The translations under genes and the position numbers were made by a program. A stretch of 61,533 bases of DNA, filler included. It is 9 parts of 9 records of this genome, joined end to end, with 100 filler letters (N's around TTAATTAATTAA, not from the genome) between each part and the next. Parts side by side here need not be neighbours in the genome. Positions count along the whole stretch, not along the records: positions 1 to 15,217 come from SRR7504441_1131; positions 15,318 to 20,231 come from SRR7504441_1135; positions 20,332 to 27,342 come from SRR7504441_1136; 6 more parts are not named here. One strand, written 5' to 3'. Position 1 is the first letter of the stretch; each line of letters opens with the position of its first letter. Under the pieces are notes generated by a model. It did not search any database and was not told the DNA's origin. It saw only the letters and a program-made list of their open reading frames with translations. Shown piece after piece: positions 11,501 to 23,900 of this stretch.

Positions 11501-14039
11501 GCAAGAGGTGTTCCAGGAAGGGCTGATGATCCCTCCGACCAAGCTCTACTCCAAGGGCGTGCTCAATCTGGAGGTGCAGCAGCTGCTGCTCCACAATGTG
11601 CGGATCCCAGAATGGAACCGGTGCGACCTCAAGGCGTTGGTGGCCTCGTGCGAGGTGTGCAAGATCCGGGTGCAGCAGCTGTGTGCTCGATTCGGGCGTG
11701 AGACATACTTACAGTCGCTGGCGCTGCTGCTCCGGCGGAGCTGGAGCTCTATGCACGAGATAATCCAGACAATGACTGCGCCGCTGCATACCGAGTGGAG
11801 ATACTACTTTGAAGACTACGTGGATGATGATGGGCAGGGGCACGGCCCGCACCGGATCTCGTGTTCGATGGACAGGGTCTTCCACGAGACCACGCAGGAG
11901 TACCATATACACTTTGATTTCACTGGGACCGACCCGCAGACCCCTTCGGCCATCAACCTTTACCAGAACATCGAACAGTTCAAGATGCTAGTCGGCTCAC
12001 ACCTGACCCATTTCTTTGACCCAGAGATGAGCCCGAACGATGGATTCTATCCACTGATCGAGGTGCATATCCCCAAAGGCACCATCCTCAATCCGACCTT
12101 CCCAGCAGCTGTCTCCTGCTCAGCACCAGTGCTTGGCCGGCTGCTCGACGTGGTAAATGGTTTGCTTGGACAACACGCACCCGAGCTCATGTGTGCGGCT
12201 GGATACAGCGACCAGCCCACCCTCCAGTACTATGGGCAGGACGACGGCCGTGGCAAGCCATTCATGTACTACGGAGTGCTGTATGGCGGCGTCCCAGGCA
12301 AGCCAGTGGGTGATGGGCCTGACGGGCACTCGATCTGGCCGTCATACTCAAGTGTGCCTAACGAGTTCCTCGAGCGCGAGCTGCCCATCCGAGTGGAAGC
12401 TCGTGACACGGTGGTCGACTCAGGCGGTGCTGGGCTGCACCGCGGTGGCAACGGCGTCAAGCTGGTGTACAGGCTGCTCGCAGACGGGTGCATCAGCATC
12501 CACGACGACCGGTGGCTCACCAAGCCGTGGGGCGTGAACGGCGGCCGGGCAGCGCAGGGCTCGTCCAAATACATCTACAGGGTGTGTGCTGATGACCAAA
12601 TGAGTACAGATATGATGGAGCTTGTCCCGGCCAAGTGTGACCAGTTCCCTGTCAAGGCAGGCGATGTGCTCGTGTTTGTCACCTGGGGCGGCGGCGGCTG
12701 GGGCAACCCTCTGGCTCGGGATGTGAATCTAGTCTGGCAGGACATGAACTCCGGCCTGATCAGTATTCAGGGCGCACGGAACAATTATGGTGTAGTGATG
12801 ACTAAGCAGGATGGTGTCGACCTCAGGGAGACGGCAGCTCTCCGCCAAAAGCTCCAGAAGGAGCAGCTCGCGATGACTGAAGTGCGCAGGCACCACGACT
12901 TAGCGTTCGGGCCACATGCCAGCTTCGATTTTGGATGGAAATTCGGGATCCGTGCCACAGAGGAGAGCGTCACCGAGCTCCGGGCCAACTGCAAGGCCAA
13001 CACTGGCTATGACCCACCCCAGCCGAATGTGGTGCCAGTGCCAATGATTGCGGACCAGCCCGGGCAGTACGCTGGTGGAGCAGGGTTCCAGCCTTATGGG
13101 AGTCCCGGCAAGTGGACTCCATATGATGAGGGCGACCCTGTCTTGGCGGGTGCCTATGTACCTGATGCTATAATCGCTGAGCCAATGCCAATCCCACCGG
13201 ATCCGCATGCACCACACATTCCATCGCGGCCGCAACTGCCCACACAACGGCCACCAATCCCGATAACCGAATTCCCAATCCCTGATCTGGCGCCTCCTGA
13301 GGAAGTTCAAGAATCGATTCGGCTGAGTCCTGTGATGATGTCACCACCCGTCGAGCGGTCTCTGGCTCCAACAACAATGGCGCCGCCGTCGGACTGCCGG
13401 CTCCCTAGTCCACCAAGAGACGTGGATCCCAATCACCCATGGGACCCTCAAGTGTACTTTGACCCGGCCGCCCGCGCAATGGCTGCCCGAGCATCACCCT
13501 CTGTGGTCGCCTCGCCCGATCCATTGATGGCTGCCCCAACGGATCAACTTCTAGAAATCCCAGTTGCCACCAGCCCGCCACGGAAGCTCCGCGATGGCAT
13601 GATGGCAGACATGTCAGCTGGGCCACTCCTAGGAGCCGCTCGCCCGCGCCAAGAGTCTCCCATCAGCACGCGGGACCGGTTGGCAGCGCGGATGGCCCAG
13701 CCCTCACTCAACGCACGGGTGAGTCTCGAAGAGAAGCGGTCAATAGCAGAGGCGCGAGCCCTGGCCGAGGTGGCGCAGCACATTGTGCCACGGCGGTTTC
13801 ACGTGAGTGGGTTCGGGGACCGGTCTGTCTCACCAGTACGACAAGGCTCACCAGTACGGCAGCCCGACCTGAGGGCCACATCCCCACAGGAGAGTTTCCT
13901 CCAGCGCCACATGCGGGCTCAGCGAGAGGCAGTTGACAGGCCATCGGAGGCCATCCCGGGGCTTGACGGTCAGGCTCAAGATACTGGATTGAGCTCACTG
14001 CCCACCTCTCCGCTTAGATCTCGGTTCAGCGTCAACTAA
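8594..14039 (+). CDS. Fused hydantoinase/5-oxoprolinase A+B family protein with Pro-rich extensions (intron 9191-9230, about 1801 aa)
   Basis: A part: DVGGSFTD, HGTTVATNAILE, DMGG, GPESANANPGPACYGRGG and FGGAGPLH. B part: GHMTDVGG, QEGLMIPP, DSGGAGLHRGG and TWGGGGWG. A 40-nt GT-AG intron joins the two ORFs. Confidence 0.9.
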
Positions 14040-14197
14040 GCTGATCAGACACAGTCGACATATATTAGTATCATGATGGAGGGGCTATGAATCACATCTT
14101 AGTGATGTAATTTGACGCAGTACATGTAGCTAACGCCCTTCAGTTTTTATGTCAGTAAATTAATGATTGAAATCGTTGTAATCAGAAGGATCTTTAT

Positions 14198-15142
14198 TTA
14201 ATCAAACGTCCTGGTGGGCGTGAGTCCGATGCCACTAGTTTCCTCAAACTTTGTCTGTGGCGTGTAGTAGTCTTCATGCACATGTACCTCAAGCTCTGGC
14301 GTGAGCCCTGTACCAAAAATCTGAGGATTTGCAGCATGCTCCGCACTCTGGCTTGCAGCCGTCTTATTGAACATGTAGCGCAGTACTAAAAACACAACAA
14401 CTCCGACGAGCACCAACACTCCTGCAAATGCGCAAAGCACGATCTTGATTGTGCACCAACCGTGGCAACCGATGTCACCTTGCCCGTCCCGCCTGTCGAG
14501 CTTTAGGCAGGCCTCGGAGCCTTCGCTCTTGACGCACGCAGTTGCGTATGGGCAGCCACCCGGATGCGTCACCGGATGGAGTCCACCCTGCAGCGAGATG
14601 CCTCGCCGGACAGCTGCCGCCCGGGCCGCCGCCAAGCTGACCGGCGAGGCGACCGGCTCGCGGGAAAGAATCCACAGCCCGCCAAAGTAGTACGAGGCCT
14701 TACTAGTACACAGCCCGTCCTCGGCCTCCTCGCTGGGCTGGCCGGTGATAACCGCCCAGCTGTACCGCCCCTGCTGGTCCGCTCCCACAGCCACCACCCA
14801 GTGCTCCTCTCCGAAGAGCTCCCGAAGAGCTCCCGGTAGCCAGCAGGGCGCCAGCGCTAGCCGGCCAGGCTCGGAGCGGTCCCGAACCGTCGCACAGAGC
14901 GTGTCGCCCCCCAACCTGCTTGATGCGTGCTGTACGGACAGGACCTGGTGGCGCCCAGTGGGCTGGGCCTGGTCGGCGTAGGTACAGGAGAGCGGGACCG
15001 GGTCTCGGACGAGCTGGACAAACCAGGCGGCCCGGCCGAACTCAACGGGGTCAAGCGCTCGCCCCAGAGGCGACAGCGTCATGCAGCCGAGCGCCGCCCC
15101 GAGTCCGGATACATACATCATCAGCAAGAGTGCGTGCGCCAT
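14198..15142 (-). CDS. Lipocalin-like type I membrane protein
   Basis: Signal peptide, then lipocalin-like motifs (GRAAWFVQ, WVVAVG...YSWAVI, GLWILSR), then a C-terminal TM helix and a short tail. Confidence 0.6.
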   Translation of the reverse strand: MAHALLLMMYVSGLGAALGCMTLSPLGRALDPVEFGRAAWFVQLVRDPVPLSCTYADQAQPTGRHQVLSVQHASSRLGGDTLCATVRDRSEPGRLALAPCWLPGALRELFGEEHWVVAVGADQQGRYSWAVITGQPSEEAEDGLCTSKASYYFGGLWILSREPVASPVSLAAARAAAVRRGISLQGGLHPVTHPGGCPYATACVKSEGSEACLKLDRRDGQGDIGCHGWCTIKIVLCAFAGVLVLVGVVVFLVLRYMFNKTAASQSAEHAANPQIFGTGLTPELEVHVHEDYYTPQTKFEETSGIGLTPTRTFD

Positions 15143-15187
15143 TGAATGGACGCGTCTCTTGGGTTAATCAAGGGATTGCTCAGACAC

Positions 15188-15217
15188 GATGCAAAACTGA
15201 TGCAAAACTGATGCAAA
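15188..15217. repeat. 11-bp tandem repeat (GATGCAAAACT, about 2.7 copies) at the contig end
   Basis: Read directly; it runs into the N linker. Confidence 0.85.
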
Positions 15218-15317
15218 NNNNNNNNNNNNNNNNNNNNNNNNNNNNNNNNNNNNNNNNNNNNTTAATTAATTAANNNNNNNNNNNNNNNNNNNNNNNNNNN
15301 NNNNNNNNNNNNNNNNN
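15218..15317. other. Artificial contig linker
   Basis: N44-TTAATTAATTAA-N44, with stop codons in all six frames. Confidence 0.98.
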
Positions 15318-18300
15318 GGCGGCTACAACCTCTAAGAGCCTTGCGCACGGCCGGCATCTTCTTAACTGGCTCGACAAGATCATCAAACATGTCGGCGTAG
15401 CGCTCCAGGCTGTTGCGGCTGCGAAAACGCGAGTCGCCGTCTGTAGGTTGTAAGGGCGGCGTCTTTTTCCATGGTGGCATGCTCTGCGACTTTCTCCGTC
15501 CAGGTCGAGCCGTGCTAGAACAATCCTTGAGCGCCTGAATGATCTTTTTGGGTTCCTTGGTGCGGAAAGTGAGGGTCTGGATCCTCTGTTTGCTGTCACA
15601 TACCTCCAGCCCGAAGGAATCCTGAGAGGACAGCCACGTTTGAATTCGGTCAAAAGGATAGAAGTGAATTTTCTTTTGAGTCTCAGAGTCGAGCAAATTT
15701 ACACCTGGCTTTGCAACACAGATAATAACTCGGCTACTAATTTGTCTGATCGTCTGATCAATGGGTGCGACGACAAATTCTTGCGTTTTTCCGGCGTTTT
15801 GAGTCTGGTCACGGACTGGCTTGAGAGATTCTATGTCGTGCTGTGGGTTTTGAAGTGGTGGATACGTGACCTGAGGCTGCTTAGGTTTATGCTTTTTGGT
15901 CCAAGGGGGTATGGGCTGAGTGGTGTGGAATTCGTCGTGGACTGCCTTAGTTGGATGTGGCACTCCAGGTGATAATGGATCTCCTTCATCTTTACTCGGT
16001 CCACCGCCAAGGGAATCCTGGCCAGGTTTTGCACTCCGCTGCTTAGGCTTAGTCCGTTCAGCCTTTTTCTTCATGTGATCGTTTACAAACACTTCCGAGT
16101 CCCAGCGACTCGGCTGAAAAGAACGCTCATCCAGTCCAATAAGACCTGCACCCCAACTTGGCTCAGCTTTCTGATTCGACCAATCGGGTTTCGCAACCAC
16201 GCCCTGGAAGACGGGAGCTGGCTGTTGCCGGTTCAGCCCACGCTTCTCCGCGAGTAACTCTGCAGCTCGAGCTTTTCTTTCACCGAGCTTGTATCTTAGT
16301 GATTGAATTTGTTGCTCTAACTGCTTATTCTGACGCTCAGTTTTCTTCAGCAGCACCCGTGCATTAGCAAGCTCAAGATCCTTGTTGGATGCACATGATT
16401 TCAATTCTTGTGCCTTTCGCCGAATATCGATAGCGGCCTGTGTTGCCTCTTTGTCGCTTGAGTCCAGTTGCACAGCGGCGGCTGCCTTTTCGAGCAGCTC
16501 AGCAACTTTTATCAACTCAGCTGCATCCGACGTCTTCAGCGTTTCTAACTTTTCTAGTGTAGAGAAAACTTGCATAGCCATGGATTCTGGGAGTGAAACC
16601 GAGAGGCTTACGACCTGCTCAATCACATCCTGCTTCACTTCACGAAGAATTGGGTTCTTTCGTTTCTCGGCTGGTGGGGCTTGGCCCTTGATGCTCCCTA
16701 GGATTTCACACCACGTCTCATGCACCTCACCGCCATCCTTCTCAATGTTATCCCAAAACTCCCGTAGTAGCCACAATAGTTTCCGAAACTCAGACCTGGC
16801 CTGCTCAATCTGTGCCTGCTCTTCCATGATAGTCTCCTCCTTTTTCAGCAGTTCAGTCTCGAGCGCAGTTTGATCCTCTCCGTGCAGATCCTCAAGCGAC
16901 TCGAACATAATCTCAATTTGGACAACTTGAGCTTCAAAAGCGACAATGGCTTCTGAGTTGCACACCTTGCGAATCTGTACCAAGGCAGCCTTTAATAGTC
17001 GTGTCAAATCGGCTGCAGACGTGCTCTCTGCTGCTACTGCTTTTGGACTGCCAAGGGGCTGTTCAATGACCGCAGTTGGCAGTTGTTCAGCCGACGAAGA
17101 GCTGCTTGCCATGAGATGAGGAAGTTCCTGCTGTTGCTTTTGCACAATCACAGGCTGTTTCAATTCTGCTGGCGAGGCACTGACTCTGTTCTCAAGCAAA
17201 TCATTGCTCTTCCCCTCATCCGCTACTTGCCTAATCACCGACCTCTCTTTGGTACCAACTTGTTGTTCTGATACAATCGCTGGAGCACTGGTTGGCTCTA
17301 TTTCTTCTCGTGAGGGGAGCTGACCTAATGTTTGCTGTTCTACTGCAGGCTTAGCTGCTCTTTGGGTAGAGCTTGAGGGGGCATTTCCCGCCTCCAAAGC
17401 CGCACTAGGTTCTGATGGGCACTGGTTCTGAAGTCCTAGAGCAGCAGCGTTTCCAGGCTCTGTTTCGTCAGTCCAGGCTAATTTGGAGTTTGATTCCTTG
17501 CTTCTGTTCTCAAGTTTATGGACGAGGCTGAGAGCATGACTCCAACTAATAAGATTGTCTGCAAGGGCCAATTCTTTGGCGTCAATCAAATCTTTGCCCT
17601 TAGCATGTTCAAGTTCTGCCAGTTTCCTTCCCTTTCCAGGGACCATTCCTCTAATGATCTTTAGTTCCTCATCCCAGGCAAGGCGTTTGGCTGCTATCTG
17701 CAGGGACAGCCGGGAATGGGTGAACTCAGCCTCCAAATCTTGGAGCAGTGCAATGATTGCTTTAGAGGAAGGGTGCTGCATCGATGCTGCATTTATATTA
17801 ATAATTTCCTCCTCAGCAGCTGCAACTGCCACCCGCGACTCCTCTAGCTGCTCATTTGCTCCGTGAACAGCTGTCTGATGCTGCTTCAGCTCGGTTTTGA
17901 GCTGGTCAATCTCCACTTGCTGATGATAAGCTGCTTGCTTCTGAGCTTCCAATTGCTGTTGTAGCCTCACCAATGCCTTGTCTTGATCTTGCTCTGCCTC
18001 GAGACTCGACAGCGCAAGTCTCCCTGCTGGCTTCTCCCCCTCGGCTGGCTTTTCCACCTCTGCTGGCTGCTCACCCTCTGTCGCCAGCTCAAGTTCCTCT
18101 GCTATCAGTACCACATCAGCACGTGCCTGAGAGCTGGTATTTTCTTCTTCTAGATGCAGCCTGTGGACGTCTGCCGCAGCCGCCTCAATTGTTTGTTGCA
18201 ACTCTGAAGCCTTTGCTCCAGCATCCATTGTACCCTTGGCATGCTCTTGCATTTGTGCTGCTGCAGAAGCTGCCTTCGCCTTTTCAGCAGAAAGCTCACC

Positions 18301-20210
18301 TTCCAGCTGCGCCACTCTTGCCCTAAGATCCTCAGAAGCAGCAACACTTGAGCCATCAACCTCACTTGCCTTCACTTCCAGCGAGGTCACCTACAGAGTG
18401 TAATACTCAGCACCAGCATCCCCAACTGTGATCAAAAGTCAAGGCATTACTTGGGCTGAGAGCTCCATGCACTTCTGCTTTGCAGCCAGCGCCTCTGCCT
18501 CCATGTGCTGCACTGCCGCACCGCTTTCTTGCTGGAGTTTAGTCACCTCTTTGTGTCTTTCCGACTTTTCATCTGCAAGCGCTAGCTCAAGCATCACCAC
18601 CTGACCACTGCATGCCTGGCACTCTTGTATAATGGCTATGCTGACCTTATCCTCTGCACTTAAGGCCACTGCAGTTAGTCTGGTTACCTCACGTTTCAAT
18701 TTATCGGCTGCAGACTGGCATCAATGTAAGGGCCAGTTTGCAGTTTGGCTCGCACCTCATTCTTATCACGCAAAATCAGTGCCTCCTGCAGCAGAGACTC
18801 CACTTGGTATGTCAATCTAGCATTTTCCTTCTCTGATGTCAATTTGAGCTCCTCTAGCTCTTTTCCAGCTGACTCGCGCTCTTGTTCCCGGACCTGAGAG
18901 AAAAAGTTGGAACAACTATGCTGATTGGAACTACCCGTTGCTCTGCCCCGGCCATCTCTCGAGAAAAGTGGAGCATTTTATGTTGGCACTGCTGAATTTC
19001 CTCTGCTTGTCCAACTGCTTGCTTTCGATACATATCCATGCGGTCCCATACCTGCTCCTCAACTTTCAGCTCCGTCTAATGCTTGAGAGTCAGTCACCTG
19101 TGATAGAGTCCTCCCAAGTTTGCCCCCACAGGTTCGGAGTCCAAGGAGCACATCTTCAATCTGTTCCTCGACAGCAGTTGCAATGTCTTCGGTATCATCT
19201 CCCCGTGACTGGTCGATCATCTCACTGATCTCCTGAGCATGCTGAAAAAGTTTTCTTTCGCCTGTTGGCCAGTCACAAAATTTCCGTGGTTGAATCCAAC
19301 CTACCCTCGTTTGCCACCTTCTTTGCACGTTCAGACACTCCGCTGAACATTTCGATAAATTCTGAGGTCAGGTAGTCCCCAGTCTGCAATAAGGTTCTAT
19401 CGTCTCTACCACTGTGATAATAGTCACCTCAGTCATAGTGTTCTGAGCCATAAAGCGCTTGAAGCCAGCTGGGTCATTCAACGAGTCTGGCGGCTTCCCA
19501 TCAGCCTGGCTCCCCTCCTGATTCTTTAGCTGTCGCAGCTGCCCCGACGTGGTGAGTGCAGGGTCATGAAAGCATGCTGGTTGTGCACCTCCCGTGTTAT
19601 GTCTGTCATTCGCTTTCGTCTCTCATCAAAGTCTTCAGGGGCATCTCCTGGCACTGTGCTCAGCTGTGCCGCAGTGACGACTAGGTTTAAGCAGCGAGGC
19701 AGCACAAATCTGCACGACGCTAGGACGCAGGGCCTCACCCTCTCTGGGCTGCAGGTGCTCCGCAAACCAGTCGTCGCTCTCGTCTCCCATCACCATCATC
19801 GCAATCTCCTCCTCCAGGATCCCGTAAGAGCCCTCGAAACTGCGCTACAGCTGGCCCCAGCCACCGGCAGCCGCCACACTGGTCGCAGGCCGAATCGACC
19901 CGATCTTTGATCTCGTGGAACTCTCGCAGAATTCTGTCCTTGGGTGGAGTGGCCACCTGGGCTCCCAGGTCGCAGGTGCTCTCCTGCGGGGGGGCACCTT
20001 TGCAGCTGCAGCTGCGTTCCTATTGCCCTTCGACTGCCGGGCGATCCGCTCGAGTTGCCTCTGCTGCCTGCAGGCCGCCGGCTGTGGCTGACGGCAGCGG
20101 CGGGCTGACCACTGCGTGCTGATCTCCTTGCGCTGCTTGCGGGGCATGAAGAGCAGCTGCTGGGGCGGGATTTCGCTCACCATGCCGCTCTCTGCCTCGC
20201 GCCCAGTCAT
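15318..20210 (-). CDS. Large coiled-coil protein with a C-terminal FERM-C/PTB-like (PH-fold) domain; 3' partial, multiple introns
   Basis: Long E/Q/K/A-rich ORFs are joined by introns such as 18391-18450, 18715-18755 and 18894-18934. GVNLLDSETQKKIHFYPFDRIQTW resembles FERM F3. The 5' exon structure is only partly resolved. Confidence 0.6.
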
Positions 20211-20231
20211 CCCATCGATACTGGAGTGCTC

Positions 20232-20331
20232 NNNNNNNNNNNNNNNNNNNNNNNNNNNNNNNNNNNNNNNNNNNNTTAATTAATTAANNNNNNNNNNNNN
20301 NNNNNNNNNNNNNNNNNNNNNNNNNNNNNNN
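20232..20331. other. Artificial contig linker
   Basis: N44-TTAATTAATTAA-N44. Confidence 0.98.
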
Positions 20332-20333
20332 TG

Positions 20334-20759
20334 GTCGAGCTGTCGGAAACAGCTGCTGAGTGCCTGGAGTCGAAGACGGAGGTCAGGGACCAGGATAGGA
20401 CCGACACGCGCAACGAGCTTGTCAGTAAGATTGCTGAGAAATATGGTCTTACGCCAAGGTCTCATGCGACGTCACAAGTGGCAATGGTGGGTGCAACTGC
20501 CAAGTCCTCGGCGGCACAAGAGGGGTCTGACGCATCGCACGGGCCTGACGATACCCAGGAGGATGTAGAAATCCCGGAATCTTGGTTGCGGAGGGCTGTC
20601 AAGTCTGAAATGGAGGCTGGTACGCGGCCAAGGCTGATTCATGACAAGCTTGTCAATAAGTTTGTTGATAAGTACGGTCAAGATGTTAGTCCAAAGTCTC
20701 GTCGTGGTCGCGATAAAAAGACGCCGGCGTCCCCTTCAGGGGACGCCGTCATGGTATAA
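20334..20759 (+). CDS. Hypothetical protein, 5' partial
   Basis: The frame is open from the contig edge to TAA at 20759, followed by an AT-rich spacer. It has an internal repeat (LVSKIAEKYG / LVNKFVDKYG). Confidence 0.5.
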   Translation, partial: VELSETAAECLESKTEVRDQDRTDTRNELVSKIAEKYGLTPRSHATSQVAMVGATAKSSAAQEGSDASHGPDDTQEDVEIPESWLRRAVKSEMEAGTRPRLIHDKLVNKFVDKYGQDVSPKSRRGRDKKTPASPSGDAVMV

Positions 20760-20946
20760 CTCATTTTGCTCAAAATTGTGCGACTGTGCACGACCCTAAT
20801 GAATACAATTAATATATTGCTACGAGTACTTGTACGTACACAGCCCTGGTATTATTACATGTACAATCATGTAGTAGTGCCATTCGAAATATCCACGTAT
20901 TTCAACGCAATGCACGATTGGTGTTTATGAACAGACTATGATCAGA

Positions 20947-23900
20947 CTAATAGAAGTTCTCCCGAATGACCCGGTCCGACGAACTGCGCGCCAGCACTAC
21001 CTTAGCTGCTACCTGTCCGGCCTACTGAGTCTCCCACTTAGCTCTAGCTCGCCTTGTTAGAGAGCCAAAGTCGTTGCAGCTGGTCCACCTGTTTCTGGTC
21101 CAGGAACAGCGGCCTGCACCAAGGTCGGCCAATCGCCCAGCTGTGTGGCAGCACCGGCCACGCTGTGTGGTGTTGGCCATGTGCTCCCCAAACTGATCGC
21201 AGTACAGTGTGCCGTTGTATGCCGCCTTGCCTCGCCGGACAAGCAGAACACAGCACTCTTGCACTAAAAAGAACACCCCCACCTGCCACAGGCCCGATGG
21301 GTACACACAACCTGTGGGCTGCACCTCGCCGCTGCATCGCTGCACGTGGAGCGAACATGCAGCTGCCCCGTTCTCGACGTCGACCACAGTAGCTGGGACA
21401 GTGGCGCCACAGACCAGACAGAGGGCTGGCCGCTGGACTGAATCTCCGACGGTGCCCATGATATCGCTGTACAGGCTGGCAAACGATCTTGGCAGCGTGA
21501 TGAGAGGCTTGGGCAGGAGCACCGCGCACTTCAGACTACTTAGATTCAATGGCCTGTCCGAGCACAGAGTGTTACACAGCTACTTTTCCAATTCCAGGAG
21601 CTAAGCAGGTAAGGGGCTGCGGGGGTGGTCACCTTCGCCACGTGTAAAGTCGGGCAGCTGCTTCTAGCGCATCAACAGCCAGCTCCGCTGCCGCAGATGG
21701 CGCGCCCAGCAGCTCACGCAGCAGGCTAAGCTGTCTGAGGAAAACTTGCTGCTGTGCAAACGTCTGAGGCAACGATCCGTCAGGGATAGCTAGCCCGAGA
21801 GCCGCTGCTACACGTTCGGTGCTAGTGCAGCATTGCTGTAATTCAGGGCAGCTAAGTCCAGTATCAGTGTCCATAGGTGTCTCAGTGCATCTACTCAAAA
21901 GCTCGAGCTGGTGCACAACTGCCACAACTTGCAGCACCTATCGCCCAATGCTCGCACAAGGCCGGCAAATTGGCCACCTGGGCCAACGCTGCCGCGGGCC
22001 GAAGCACTACAGAGCCCGTGTAGCACGCAAACCCAACGGCCGCCTCAAATAAATCGAACTGTGGGCTCACCCAGCAGCACTCGCTGCTGCACTGGGCCTC
22101 GCCTCCCCAACATACCGTGGATCCAGTGCACATCCACTCCGCCTGCCGCCACTTGGGCTGGCGCTGCAGTAGAGCGATCCAATCCTTGAGCGGAGAGCTA
22201 ACGAGCGGCTGTCCTGCAAGGCTGGTCCGCTCCGCAGCTGCAACAATCAGCATCAGGCAACAGCCTGCTATGAGCGCACCCGCAAACTTTAGTGTATCAC
22301 ATAGGCATACGAGTGCGGATTGCTCTGTGCCTCCGCGGAGCTCGGTCTCTCCATTCGGTCCAAATGTTGCTGAAGCCAACTTCTTTTGGAACTGTGAAAT
22401 GGCCAACACGGTGTCCTCAGGGCACTCTGCGTCAGACTCTGACAAATCTGCGCTCGTCACAGCCGGAACCAACACGTTGGATACTGCTTTACACAGCGGA
22501 CACAGCCATTCACCCTGCACAAACAGCGATCTCTGAGCTTGTGTGGCTTGGCAACAAACCTTGGCTGGGTCAACCGAATGCTGTGATGTCAACTGATCCC
22601 TCAGATTAGCTACCCAGTTGAGGTGGCAGCTGTGGTGGACAAAGTGTCCGCAGAACTGCACAGCGCACATCTGCCGCTTGGCCGATGCATCGTGTGCCGT
22701 CTGATGATATGGTGCTAAGGGCTGCACAAAGCCTACATGCGCTAAAGGACTATCAGCGTTGCCCGGCTCGTTACAAATCATGCAACAGCCTTGCTCTTCC
22801 GCTTGTTCAACTGGGCTGACCGCCCCGCATAGCCGCTCCGCGCCCGTTCCCCGTGCAAACGCTGCCTGGCTCTTCCTAGCCTGCACTAGCCCAGTCACAG
22901 CGCGCATGGGTCTAGCGCACGCGCCTTGAGAAGCGCTTGCTGCTTTGCATGTCGCTTGCGTTGCTGCAGTCGGTCCTGTACCTTGGACGGCGACTGCGTT
23001 TCGTCCTCACACTTTTCGCCCCCCTCGCCTAATGCTGTCAGCAGCCATCTGGACCATAGAATGGCCTGTGTATCAGTGCCAGCAGTCAGCTGCTTCAGGA
23101 GCGCGACGCAGCCGTTGCTGCTATCTGCGTTCCACAGCTGCCGTAGGAGTTGGTAGAAACTCTGATCGGCGTTGCAGACGTGTACAGCCAATGTAAGCAG
23201 CTGGATCGCAGCATCACGAAGCATCACATTACCGCCCTCCGATCTAGTGGATGCATGAAGCGAGGCAAGACCGATCTTAGCACATAGCGGGTGGAAGAGG
23301 ATTGACTCACGGAACTGCAGCACAGACATGTCATGACAAGTCATTAGTAAGAAGTGCCATGTCACCCCATCGAAGCAGCCACAGGCCTCGGGCGGGGCAC
23401 AAACTATTGGGGATGGTGCAGCAGAGTAGATGCGGCGACTTGCAGCCTTTTCACGGGCGCCATCGCGTATATGTACGTATAAAGGATCGACACTTGGCCA
23501 TAAATCGGGCACAAGTGAAAACTGGTCCGGCTTGTCTTGTTGCCGGGGAGTTTTGACAGCCACCTAAGTATAACACCAGTTAGGCACGCAACCAAAGGCC
23601 AAAGGCTAAAGGCTGGACCTCTTGGAGCAACTGATCTAAACGCGCCTCTTCGTACCCAGAGCAGCTCTCGAGCTCGCAGAAAGCGCTCAGCTCGGAATGC
23701 GTTGAATCTTTGCACGCCAGTGTGTGGATCAGCTCGCGTTTCAGCTTGACTCCACCATGCAGCGCTGCAGCAGGTGGCGGCAGCTCTGTCACAAGTTGAA
23801 CCACCAACCGCACCAATTCAACCGCCAGCGCCGCCTGGTGTGGCTCTGGCGTCTCGGGTTGGTCGATCCAAGCCTCCAACCCGAACCTCGCCACCAGTGT

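Noticed and set aside
22881-22924. A seventh GC-AG intron, in the UBR gene
   Set aside because: A 35-nt GT-AG alternative (22886-22920) also restores the frame, so it was left as ambiguous.
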